This document shows positions 23,096-34,248 of a DNA stretch of 54,964 bases, in pieces; positions within the stretch are counted from its first letter, which is position 1; every line of letters starts with the position of its first letter. The stretch comes from Fonticula alba ATCC 38817. Its lineage: Eukaryota; Protista; Nucleariida. The stretch lies in NCBI GenBank assembly GCA_000388065.2, contig KB932204.1. One strand, 5' to 3'. Both the position numbers and the translations under genes were made by a program. Below the pieces are notes generated by a model that saw only the letters and a list, made by a program, of their open reading frames with translations, had not been told where the DNA came from and did not search any database.

Positions 23096-23395
23096 TTACA
23101 TGTTGGTGGCACGGTTGAAGTCGCCCTTCATGCCTTGGAGGTGGCCCTCGGCGGCGAGCTTCTTGTCGCCAGCGGCGCGGCCGGCAGCCTCCTTGGCGGT
23201 GCCGACCATCTGGTCGCAGGCAGCGTCGGTGGCTTGCTTGGAGCGGGCGGCGGCGAGCTCAGCCTGGCCAGCGGCCTTCTGGGCCACGCCCTGGGCGCGG
23301 ATGCTCTCGTTGCCGACCATCTTGCCGTAGGCCTCGTTGACGGCGCCCTTGGCGGTCTCCCACTGGCCGCTGATCTTAGAAGGGTGGTTGCTCAT
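23096..23395 (-). CDS. CsbD-like small stress protein (fungal Hmp1-type), intronless, 99 aa
   Basis: MSNHPSKISGQWETAKGAVNEAYGKMVGNESIRAQGVAQKAAGQAELAAARSKQATDAACDQMVGTAKEAAGRAAGDKKLAAEGHLQGMKGDFNRATNM has two CsbD-type half repeats (G..K...G...G.......G). Confidence 0.85.
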   Translation of the reverse strand: MSNHPSKISGQWETAKGAVNEAYGKMVGNESIRAQGVAQKAAGQAELAAARSKQATDAACDQMVGTAKEAAGRAAGDKKLAAEGHLQGMKGDFNRATNM

Positions 23396-23482
23396 GGTGA
23401 TAGTTAGACGTATGGATGAATAGGAAAAGTTGGTTCCGGGTTAGGTTGTTTCTCCCCCCTCCAGCGTCCCTCTGCTGGGCCT

Positions 23483-23490
23483 CTTTTATA
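23483..23490 (-). promoter_or_regulatory. TATA box (TATAAAAG) of the CsbD-like gene
   Basis: Consensus TATAAAAG about 90 nt upstream of ATG 23395, standing out in very GC-rich DNA. Confidence 0.65.
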
Positions 23491-24419
23491 CCCCCCCCTC
23501 CCCTCCCCTGCGGCGGGGGCGGCGGAGGGCTCTGCTCCCGGCACGCCAATCTGCAGCTCCTGTGGGGCCTGCCCCCCCCCCCCCTCCCCATCCTGCGGGA
23601 CTCCTGTGAGGATGAGCAGGCTGCCCGTGACCCTACGGCGAGGGGGGGAGGGGGGGGGGGCACTGCTGCTGTGCAGGGATCGTGGCAGATCTCTCGTATT
23701 GGGACGCTGCCCAAGCAGGCGAGCGAGCGGCGGGTCCTCCCCTCAAGCGATCTGCATCTTCTCCTTGCAGGGGCTCGGCACTGGCCTGAGACTGTCCATG
23801 GCGCATGGTCTACCCCCTCGTCCCCCCTCCCCTCCTCACGCGCCCCCACCAGCCCACCCGACCGCCCACCTCCAGCCCCACCACCGCCCGCACTTGTCTG
23901 CGGGTCCTCTGTTTTGAGTGGAGAACTGCCTCGACTCAGGGGCCCCTGTTTCAGGGGCCCCTGGGGGCAGGCGCCCATGTGCCCTCTTCTCGCCCGGCGG
24001 TGAGGCTGACCCGCCCAGGAAAGGTTGCAGGAGAGACCATGGGGGTCCAGGAGGAGGCCTCCGTAAAGGAATCATCACAAGCGACAGTGCAGTGTCAGGA
24101 GCTGTTGAAGAAAATATCGACTTGCATGAAGCCGAGGAAAAAAGACCGGCCCCTTGATTAGAATATTGGCCTGGTCGGCCGCCAGGGGCCAGTTGTAACA
24201 AGCAAAAAAAATCAACCTTTCTCCTCGCGAGCGCGAAGAACAGCGTCAGGGGCAGCCTGCTTGGCTCAACGAGAAGAAGCGCACGGGGGCCCCTTGGACT
24301 GGCGCTGATTGCTGGCCGGTTCTCCTTTGGCCATGCATGCTAAAGAAATTCAACGACCCCAGACGCGAGGGTCGACCACAATCTCGTCACCCCCTTTTGC
24401 ACACACAAGCGAATGACAA

Positions 24420-24466
<47 letters not shown>

Positions 24467-24925
24467 AAAACAAAAAGAGCCCCATGGCCGGAGTGGGTAC
24501 TGTAGTAGCCCATAGTTTCCCCACAATCCTATTGTGCAAATGCCGTGGCGTGATACTTTTCGATTAAGGGACGGTCACATGGTAGCAGATCACGCCCCTT
24601 CGTAGGCCTTGGGCAGAGCCCAGGTCTGGGGCCCAAGGGAGCCGGCTGGATTCGGCGCCTGGGCTGCTTCCTTTTCCCTGTCCCCTCCTTCAAACTCCCC
24701 CGCCTAGATTGTGTCCCCCCCCCCCCTGGGTCATAGATGCCCAAGTGTCCCTGGTGCATCCCGATGACGATGGCGACGACTACGCCCGCGGCCACAGTCA
24801 CGACGAAGGATGCTCGCTGTCGGCCGAGGTGAGCAGACACCGCATGAAGAAAGGTCGGGAGGAGAGGCAAAAGAGACGGCCACCAGCCAGGTACGTTCTA
24901 CTGCCCCCGGGCTATGTGTGCTTCA

Positions 24926-24976
24926 CACGCACACGCACACGCACACGCACACGCACACGCACACGCACACGCACAC
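24926..24976. repeat. (CACACG)n microsatellite
   Basis: About 8 tandem acacgc units. Confidence 0.9.
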
Positions 24977-26189
24977 GAACCGACCGTAGAATTTGTGTTT
25001 GGTATATTTGCAGGAGGAAGAAAGGGGATATGAAAAAGGGAGGAAGTGCAGAGGAGGGGGAAAGGGGCGGTATCCTGCCGTGAGTTGGTTTGCTGCATTG
25101 GCGATGGCTCCTCCTACTCCGGAGGGGGGGGGGGGGGATGGGGAAACAGAGAGAGGGAGGGAACGCGGGCAAAGAAAACCCAGGTGCTTCCTCCGCTCCT
25201 GAATCTTCCTTTGCCACAGAGCGAGAACGCGTCTGATCTTGCGGGGTATCAACAACATGCGCGCCACCGCCCGACGCGCGCGCGTGGATTGTGTCACGCA
25301 TGAATGTGATGAAGATAGGGGGGGCAGAGCAGAAAGAGGGGTACTCCGCTGCAGACAGCACACCGATGGTGGTAGGGGAAAGACACCCTGGCACCATGCT
25401 TCTCTAGGGGGAGAGTGGGGAGATGGCTAATGTACGCGACGTCGAGAGGGGGCGCGCGCGCGCGCGCGCGTGCGGGGGGGGGCGAGGAGGGGGCGCNNNN
25501 NNNNNNNNNNNNNNNNNNNNNNNNNNNNNNNNNNNNNNNNNNNNNNNNNNNNNNNNNNNNNNNNNNNNNNNNNNNNNNNNNNNNNNNNNNNNNNNNNNNN
25601 NNNNNNNNNNNNNNNNNNNNNNNNNNNNNNNNNNNNNNNNNNNNNNNNNNNNNNNNNNNNNNNNNNNNNNNNNNNNNNNNNNNNNNNNNNNNNNNNNNNN
25701 NNNNNNNNNNNNNNNNNNNNNNNNNNNNNNNNNNNNNNNNNNNNNNNNNNNNNNNNNNNNNNNNNNNNNNNNNNNNNNNNNNNNNNNNNNNNNNNNNNNN
25801 NNNNNNNNNNNNNNNNNNNNNNNNNNNNNNNNNNNNNNNNNNNNNNNNNNNNNNNNNNNNNNNNNNNNNNNNNNNNNNNNNNNNNNNNNNNNNNNNNNNN
25901 NNNNNNNNNNNNNNNNNNNNNNNNNNNNNNNNNNNNNNNNNNNNNNNGGGGGGGGGGGGGGGGGGGGGGGGGGGCATACGCATGCGGGCCAACAGTGTAA
26001 ATCTTGGCCTGCCCCAGCCCCCGTTTCTTGAACCGGCCCTGAACCGCGCACACTCGCAGCACGCATGCAGGACCATCTGCCTGTGAGGCAGGCAGCCCGC
26101 CCGCCTCGGGGCGACCTTTCTCCAAGAAGTACATCCCCCGAGGCCCTGCTCGAATTCGTCCCAGTGCGACGAGGAGAAACGCACGCCTC

Positions 26190-26885
26190 TTAGTTGTTGG
26201 CACGAGCGTCGAAGTCAGCCAGGTTGGGGTGAGGCTTGACATCCACGATCTGGATGGTCTCCAGGAGCTGAAAGGGGGGTGTTTTGTCGGTGGGCAGAGG
26301 CGGATCATGACAACCGGCGGAGGCGGGAAGGGGGAGGACAGAGAAGACGTTAGAGATGCCGGGCAGGTCAAGCGAGGGCGGAGAAGAAAAGCAGGGGCGA
26401 GATGCCAGACGTGTGTGAGGAGAGGGTGGTGGTGGAGGGGGGGGGGGGGGGGCGGGCGCGCGGAAAAGCGCAGTGGAAGAAGACGCATGCGGGGACGCGT
26501 ACCTTGTCAATGACAGTCCCCTTGTTGATGGTGTAGGCCTGGTCGATGCTCTGGATGGCCTGGTCGGTGCTCTGGGAAAGGCGAACAATGGCATCGCTGT
26601 TGGCGTGCTCGTTCTGCGTGCGCATGTGTGCGTGCGGGCGTGCATGAGAGGGGGCGGGCCGGGTGGCGACAGCGCCGAGAGGGGGTGGAACGTGGTAAGT
26701 AAGCGGGAAAGGGGGCGGCCCCCGGCCCAGCGGGGCGCGCGAGGGGTCCACCAGAAGGGCAGCCAGCTACGAAAGAAAGCGCACCTTGGAGAGAGCGAGG
26801 TTGTACTCGTCGTTCTTGGCCTTCTGGTAGTCCTGGACATACTTGTCGGCCTCGGCGCGGGCGTTGGTGAGGGTGCCAACACGCT
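26190..26885 (-). CDS. VMA10: V-type ATPase subunit G (Vma10/ATP6V1G); 3' exons only, first exon probably in gap 26980-27880
   Basis: Exons RVGTLTNARAEADKYVQDYQKAKNDEYNLALSK | NEHANSDAIVRLSQSTDQAIQSIDQAYTINKGTVIDK | LLETIQIVDVKPHPNLADFDARANN-stop. These match the subunit G pattern (ARxEAxKEIEEY...K..V...LL..V.DV.P..H.N). Confidence 0.8.
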   Translation of the reverse strand, partial: SVLAPSPTPAPRPTSMSRTTRRPRTTSTTSLSPRCAFFRSWLPFWWTPRAPRWAGGRPLSRLLTTFHPLSALSPPGPPPLMHARTHTCARRTSTPTAMPLFAFPRAPTRPSRASTRPTPSTRGLSLTRYASPHASSSTALFRAPAPPPPPPPPPSPHTRLASRPCFSSPPSLDLPGISNVFSVLPLPASAGCHDPPLPTDKTPPFQLLETIQIVDVKPHPNLADFDARANN

Positions 26886-26979
26886 CTGCGGGAGGGACGG
26901 ACAGGCACGGAGACAGTCGCAGGGTGTGGGGAAGAGGGAGTAGGGCCTTCAAACTCCCCCGCCTAGATTGTGTCCCCCC

Positions 26980-27880
26980 NNNNNNNNNNNNNNNNNNNNN
27001 NNNNNNNNNNNNNNNNNNNNNNNNNNNNNNNNNNNNNNNNNNNNNNNNNNNNNNNNNNNNNNNNNNNNNNNNNNNNNNNNNNNNNNNNNNNNNNNNNNNN
27101 NNNNNNNNNNNNNNNNNNNNNNNNNNNNNNNNNNNNNNNNNNNNNNNNNNNNNNNNNNNNNNNNNNNNNNNNNNNNNNNNNNNNNNNNNNNNNNNNNNNN
27201 NNNNNNNNNNNNNNNNNNNNNNNNNNNNNNNNNNNNNNNNNNNNNNNNNNNNNNNNNNNNNNNNNNNNNNNNNNNNNNNNNNNNNNNNNNNNNNNNNNNN
27301 NNNNNNNNNNNNNNNNNNNNNNNNNNNNNNNNNNNNNNNNNNNNNNNNNNNNNNNNNNNNNNNNNNNNNNNNNNNNNNNNNNNNNNNNNNNNNNNNNNNN
27401 NNNNNNNNNNNNNNNNNNNNNNNNNNNNNNNNNNNNNNNNNNNNNNNNNNNNNNNNNNNNNNNNNNNNNNNNNNNNNNNNNNNNNNNNNNNNNNNNNNNN
27501 NNNNNNNNNNNNNNNNNNNNNNNNNNNNNNNNNNNNNNNNNNNNNNNNNNNNNNNNNNNNNNNNNNNNNNNNNNNNNNNNNNNNNNNNNNNNNNNNNNNN
27601 NNNNNNNNNNNNNNNNNNNNNNNNNNNNNNNNNNNNNNNNNNNNNNNNNNNNNNNNNNNNNNNNNNNNNNNNNNNNNNNNNNNNNNNNNNNNNNNNNNNN
27701 NNNNNNNNNNNNNNNNNNNNNNNNNNNNNNNNNNNNNNNNNNNNNNNNNNNNNNNNNNNNNNNNNNNNNNNNNNNNNNNNNNNNNNNNNNNNNNNNNNNN
27801 NNNNNNNNNNNNNNNNNNNNNNNNNNNNNNNNNNNNNNNNNNNNNNNNNNNNNNNNNNNNNNNNNNNNNNNNNNNNNNNN
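26980..27880. other. Assembly gap (one of 9; the others are 1198-1448, 19055-19359, 25497-25947, 29668-29783, 35619-36108, 37311-38285, 43499-43642 and 47324-47523)
   Basis: Runs of N. The 5' ends of DHTKD1, V-ATPase G and RPN5 appear to lie in gaps. Confidence 1.
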
Positions 27881-28696
27881 CCCCCCCCCCCCCGCCACGC
27901 TCACGCTGGAAGAGTGCCGACGACGGGGCAGAGATCGCTGCCAAGGCCTCCAACCCTACGAACGATCACGTGTGGAGTAGGGTCTGCGTTCTGCTCGGCC
28001 CGGGTCCGCGCCATGGAGGGGGAAACACACGGACACGCCCGGCCGGCCTGCATGCTCCCCCGGCCCCCGGCCCCCGCCCCGGCGCCCTTGTATTTTGTGC
28101 ACCATCCCTGAGTCGCGCCCCCGACGCGCGGCTGGGCACGTCCCCCCCATCGTCGCCACGGCGCCCCCGATCGGGACTGCCCCGACTGCCCCGACTGCCG
28201 CCCCGCACCCGAAGCCCAGGACATGTCCACCACAAGCGCCATGGCGGCCTTCTGAATCGTGTTTTCTATTGTCGCAGGGAGAGGGATCTCTGCTCCGACA
28301 GCGAGTCCTCCCCTGATCCCCCCCCCCTTTCGATACACGCTCCTCAAGTCGAAAGGAACGCGATGGAAGAGGAGGAGGTGGAGGAGGAGGAGGCGGTGGA
28401 TGTGGAGGACGCGGAGGGGAAGGAGGGGAAGGAGGGGAAGGATATCAACAACAACAACAACGAGGACGGCAGCAGCATCAGCGGCAGCAGCATTCGCAAC
28501 CACCAGGCAAAGGCACTTCCCAGGCGGAGGGGGGGGGGGGGGGAGGGAGAACATGCTCCTCTGGCCCGCTCTCCCCCCGCGCGTCAGGCGGCGAACACCG
28601 CGCACGCACGGGCATCGGTGGTGGCTCCTCCGGCTCCTTTCTTCTTGCACGCCTGCCCCTTCGCTACGCGCCCTTCTCTCTCGCTCTCGCTCTCGC

Positions 28697-30233
28697 TCAA
28701 GCGAACCGCTCCGAGATGACCAGCTTCAGGGACTTGGCCAGCACGGCGGCCGCGCGGTCGAGCTCAGCCTGGCCGTGGGCCGCCGAGATGACCACCCGGA
28801 TGGAAGCGGGCGGCGGAACCGGCAGCTCCTGGTCCAGGGCATACTTGGCCCGGGTGAAGACCACGCCACCATGGGGAAGCCCATTGAGCAAGGTGGCAGA
28901 AGCCAGGGCGGCGGCCTTCTCGGCATCGGCCGGCAGGGTGAGATCCTCCTGCGTCGTGCCGGCCAGCGAGGGCCACATCTGCCCGACGGCGGTCTCCTTG
29001 GCGAAGGCGGCCTCGGCGGCTTCGGCCTCGGCCGGGTCGACGACATCGGCCCCGACACGCGCCCGCGTGACCACCGCCTCCAGGAGGCACTCCTCATCGA
29101 AGCGATCGTCCCCGAGCTTGGCCAGCAGCGGCGACCCATGGACAAGGCGCACATGCACGGCCGGGGACTCCACCACGCCCGGCAGCTCCACGGTGTCCTG
29201 CAACCCGGCGGCCTTCAGCTGGTGCGTCAGGGCCTGGCGGAAGTGCGCGGTGTTGGCGCGCAGCCGGCCGATCAGAGCCTCCGGCTCGTCGCGCAGGATC
29301 TTCAGCGCGCGCAGCGACGCCCGCGCCATGATGGCCGGCATCGACGCAGAGAAGGTATACCCCAGGCCGGCCAGGCGCTGGTGATCAATGACATCCGTGG
29401 CACCGGCCACAAAACCGCCAGCACCAGCCAGCGAGTTGGCCAGCGACGCCACATAGAAGTCCACCTTGCCCATGTCGGCGCCGGTGTGCTCGACCGCACC
29501 GCGCCCGGTCTTCCCGAGGGTGCCGAAGCCGAAGCTATCCTCCACCACGAGGCGGTACTTGTACTGGGTCTTGAGACGGGTCTGGACCAGGGGGGGGGGA
29601 GAGGCAGGGGGAGGGCGGGGAGGGGCAGATGTCAGCGACAGACCGACGAGGGGCATAGGAGGAGCCGNNNNNNNNNNNNNNNNNNNNNNNNNNNNNNNNN
29701 NNNNNNNNNNNNNNNNNNNNNNNNNNNNNNNNNNNNNNNNNNNNNNNNNNNNNNNNNNNNNNNNNNNNNNNNNNNNNNNNNNNGGGGGGGGGGACGCACC
29801 ACGGTGACCAGGTCACAAATGGTGCCGGTGTTCTGGTAGAGACCCTCGACGACGATGAAGCGCCGGGTGAGCGGCTGCTTGCGAGCAATGCGAGTCTTCT
29901 CGATCTTCTGCAGAACGGCCTCCAGGTCGGCCATGTCGTTGTGCTTGAACGTGTGCACATCCGCACGGCTGACATAAACACCGCGCTGCACGGCGAAGGA
30001 GGCCGCCTCGTCGACCACGATGATGTCGCCCTTCTTGGCGTATGCCGGGATACAGCTGGCAATGGCCGCGAAGCCGTACGAGTACAGGATAGCCATCTCC
30101 TTGCCGACGAAGTTGGCGATCGACGTCTCCAGCTCGAGGTGGGCATCTAGAGGGCGGGCGGGAGGGGGGGGGAGGTAGGCAGAGACGGGGAAGTCAGCGG
30201 TTGGGACACGAGGATGAGCAAGTTCGGAGGGGG

Positions 30234-30264
<31 letters not shown>

Positions 30265-31203
30265 CAGCCGCCAAGGAGACGCAGTGACGAGAGGATGGTG
30301 AGGAGGGGGGGTATGCGTGTGACAACATACCGAGAGTGCCGTAGAAGCCCGGGGGGCCGCAAGTGCCGACACCATAGTCACGGAGGACCTTCTCGGCCTC
30401 ATGACGGATCTCAATGCGATCGGTCATGCCGAGGAAGTTGAGGCTGGCAAAGTTGAGGCAGCGCTTGCTGTCCACGGCCAGGTACTTGCCGGAGGGACTG
30501 TGTCAAGGGGGCAGGGACGGGAGACGGGGAGAGCGAGGGGATGACGGGGTGGAGGAGGACAAAAGGACCGCAGAAGAACCGCAGAAGAACCGCAGAAGAA
30601 CCGCAGAAGGACCGCAGAAGGACCGCCGGAGTCAGTGGAAAGAGCCGCAGGCTGGGGAGGGGGAGAGGGATCAACTTGACGATCGGAGACGCACCCGTTG
30701 AAGACAATATGGCTGTCCAGGATGAGGTTGTCGGCCTTGGTCAGGGGCATGGGGAGGGGCTCGGGCTCCCACTCGGCCACGAGCTGGTCGATCTCCTGTG
30801 CAAGATGCATTTGGCCACCGGACGAGGAGGGGGAAAGGGGGGGACAGAGAGACGGGAGCGAGCAACCGGGGAGGAACGGGGGGGGAGGAGGGTGAGTGCC
30901 GGTAGATTGTGCTGGGGGGGGGGGGGGGGGGGGGGGGGGGGGAAACGAAAAACGCACACGATCGGTCAGCACAACGGCCGGTGCCTCGCGCGGGCGGTAC
31001 TTCTTCGACAGCAGGTACTTGGTGAGAATGCCCACCAGGAGGATTTCCAGGAACAGACGCCAGCGGTCGTTGTGGTACGAGTGCGAAAGGTAGTTGACAA
31101 CGGCCGGGGCGCCGGGGACCGACTCGACGGCGCGCATGGCCAGGCGGAGGCCACGCTCCAGGAGGGCCACGGTCTCGGGATTGAGATCGGACGTGGTGGT
31201 CAT
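28697..31203 (-). CDS. SPTLC1: Serine palmitoyltransferase subunit 1 (LCB1); multi-exon, small gap in an intron
   Basis: N-terminal TM segment, [37 protein letters not shown]|[75 protein letters not shown] and GYTFSASMP. There is no PLP lysine (ASLAN), which marks LCB1 rather than LCB2. Confidence 0.95.
30568..30626. repeat. 11-bp minisatellite (CCGCAGAAG[A/G]A)x5, intronic in LCB1
   Basis: Five tandem units read directly, followed by a partial ccgc. Confidence 0.9.
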
Positions 31204-34200
31204 GGTGGGGGGCGGCAGGGAGGGGGGGGGGGTATAGAGAGAGGAGAGGAGGGGGGGCAGAACCAGGGGAGGGGGACAGAAGGGGCGAGAGGGAGAGACC
31301 GAGAGAAGGCCGGCCGGTTCGGGATCTGGGCAGACCTCCTCCAGCGGACTCGGGGATCCGCGGGCAGAAGAATGGGCCCGCCCGGGGCGTGGTGGGGGGA
31401 TTCGGGGCGCCCTGGGGTCCGGGGGGCGAGGTGCGGGGGGCGGCGAGAGCGGCAGGACCGACGGCCGACGACCCGGGCGCTATCCTGCCCGGTGTGGGAT
31501 CTCCGCCGGCTCCCGGGAGGAGGGGGAACCCAATAGGCAAGGCCGGGAAAGCAGAAGCCCGGACGGAAACCGAGGGAGCCGCGAGAGGGAGTCACCGCCG
31601 GGGGGCGTCCCCCCCCCCCGCCCCCGCCCCGCCCCGCCCCTCTGCACATGCACTCCCGGACCGGGCGTGTGCATCCGGCGCCCGGGCAGATGGCGGCGCG
31701 CAGGCAGAAGCGGGGGCAAACGTGGGGGGCCGGCCGCCCGGCGCGCCTGTGCCGAAGCCAATATTCCGCGCAAAAGCATGAACGTGGACTAGCCGGACCC
31801 GGAGAGCGGGAATGACGACCCCCGCCGCCCCCGCCGCCCCCGCCCCCCCCCCCCCCCCTGTTCCTCGGCCCTGGCCATCGGCTCCTGCAGCACTACCTGG
31901 GTGCACACCCCTTCTCGGGATCCAGTCGGAAGCGGGGCGCACGAGAGCATGGCCACCGGAGGGCGAGGGGGGGCAAGGAAAGAACCGACGCGTTGCCCCC
32001 CTCCCCGGTGGGAGAAGAAGGCTCGCGGCGCGGGAGATGTTCCGGCAACACGGTGCTCGTTCGAAACGAGAGAAACTCCGGGTGCCAGTCCCCATGCGTC
32101 CACATGCGGGGGGGGGGGGGGAAAGAGCAGCGCCATCATATGCTGGGAGGGCCCTTTTTCAGCATCGGCCGCATGCGTGCGCGCCTGTGGTGCGCACAAA
32201 GGAAGCCCGGACATGCATAAAGGGTCATTAAATAATGCCCTGTATTTGTTCATTCCGCGCGCCGGGGAAACCTCCCCTCGCGCGACCAAAAGCCTCCCCT
32301 GTTCTCTCCGGCTCGCCGGTCTGCCAGGCTCGTCAGCTTCCGGGCGTGTTCTTGCACATGCCACGGCTTCCGCGCGGCACAGCGCCGCACCGGTGCGCTG
32401 GTGCCCAGGGTGGCCCGCGCGCCCGGGGGGGGGGGGCGAGACAACGCTCTTGCCCGGCCCCCTAGGCAGGGCCCCCGCCCCCCCTCCAACCCGGCCTCAC
32501 CCCACGATGTTGCCGCGATCCGCGACTTGTTCACGCTGCGTGTGTGTACGCATGTGCGCCCGCCGCAGGTCACACCGCCCCCTCGCCCCCTTTCCTGCCC
32601 TTGGCCGGAGCGGAGGGATGGAATGCCGCGCGTTGCCGGGCGGTTCTTTTTTGTTTGCTGGCGCCGTGCCAGGCCCGCAGGAGGGCGGGGGCTCGGGCTC
32701 GGGCTCGGACTCGGGCCCGGCGGCCGAGAGCAGGCGCTTCTCCCGGGGGCCTGGGGCCGGCCTTCGCTTGTCCGTTCGCCCGACCCTCACGCGTGCACGT
32801 CCCGGTCGAGGCCGAAGCGGATTTCGGTGCGGCCCGTGCCCCGCCCGGCCCCCGATGCCTTCTTTGCTGGCGGCTCGCCGGCGAGAGCCTTATGTCGGAA
32901 ATATTTCCGGACTTTCGGCCGATCCCCGGAGATTCCCCCGGGGCCGGGGCATTCGCGCACCACCCCCGCCCCATAAACCCCCGGGCGAGGGAGGGAGGGC
33001 GGAGGCGCCGCCGCGGGCCGGCCACCACCCGCCCCAGGCCGGCGGCCGACGATCGCAGCCGGGGAGCGGGCAGACCGCCGGCTGCGGTTGCAGGTCGCGT
33101 TCGGCCCCCCCCCCCCCCTCCCCCGGCTGAGGGTTCCCTCCGGGCGATGCCCGCGAGGATGCCCTCCTTTCTCGCCGTCTGTGGCAATCGTCTTGTGCGA
33201 TGCGCGCGGTCTTCTCGGGTTCACTTCGATGTCGCCGCCGCCGGCTGGCGGCCTTCCCCCCCCCTTTGCGGGATAGTGGGCAGTAACCCTGGCCAACCCT
33301 CCGAGGCCCGTGCATTGGGACCCCAACGGCGATCGGACCAATGTCCCCCCCTCCCCCCCCGGGGGTGGAACGGGGCGGGCGCCTCATCCTCCGACCTGGG
33401 GAGGCTGAAAAGCACCCCCGCGCCTCCGGGCGCCCCTCCGCCCCCATGATTTTCCCTCTGCCTCCGCGCGTTTGGGGCCGCCGCTGCGCGTGAAAGAGCC
33501 GGATGTGTGGGCGACGAACACCACGCTCAATGGGCCACCCCACAAAAAGCCTGGGAGAGCATGAACGCTTGTGTGCGTCCTCTCGTCCGCCGGGCGCCCC
33601 CCGCCCCCCTCCCGATCAATCCCTCCACCGCGCGCTTCTGTCCCGCTCTCCCTGGTGTGTTCAGGGGGGTTCCTGTCTCTACCTCTCTCTCTCTCTCTCT
33701 CTCTCGGCCCCCTGGTGCGTGGAGCGAGCGATGCGCCCTGACTAGCTGTGTCTCTTGCCGGCTCGCCACAATCCCCCCTGGCAGTTAGCCATCAGACAGA
33801 GAAGGAAAATCCGGGTGTTCAATTTTTAAATGGGGTGGAGGGGGTGGGGGGGGGGAACACGAATAGGCATCAGGCTCTTTCATTTTTACTGTTTCCTTCA
33901 GAGAAATTAGGTACAGGTCTGTGAAATTATCATCAACTGCCGATCGTGTGTGTGTGTGTCATGTTTTCCGGGGGGGGGGAAGGGGAAAGGAGGGGAGAGG
34001 AGGGCGCGAGCAAGAGGTGAAGGGGCGAGGGATAGTCCGGGAGAGGGGCCATAAGTGCCGATAGTACGGAGATCACAGCGCCCGCGTCAACTCATCGCAC
34101 GCGAAAAGCAAGAGAGAGGAGAGAGGAGGGGGCGGGAATGCGGGCGTGTGCGGGGAAATGGGCAAAAGAAGAAGGGATCATGGCTGGCAGCCACGGATGG

Positions 34201-34240
34201 CCGGGATGGGCCCTTTCTTCGGGGAGCATCACCGATCCTC

Positions 34241-34248
34241 CTTTTATA
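34241..34248 (-). promoter_or_regulatory. Candidate TATA box (TATAAAAG) with no identified downstream gene
   Basis: Same TATAAAAG(A/G)G context as the CsbD-like promoter, followed on the minus strand by a CT-rich UTR-like stretch. Confidence 0.35.

Noticed and set aside
24038-24161. 40-aa plus-strand ORF MGVQEEASVKESSQ...
   Set aside because: It is too short, its codon usage differs from the neighbouring genes, and it has no recognisable motif.
28340-28495. Minus-strand 49-aa 'signal peptide plus Ser-rich' ORF (MLLPLMLLPSSLLLLLISFPS...)
   Set aside because: It is built from GTT, CTC and CTG triplet repeats in the probable LCB1 3' region, so the hydrophobicity is a repeat artefact.
30568-30626. 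Tandem repeats as possible CRISPR or mobile-element termini
   Set aside because: These are head-to-tail units without spacers in a eukaryotic intron. No cas, transposase, reverse transcriptase, TIR or LTR was seen anywhere in the window.
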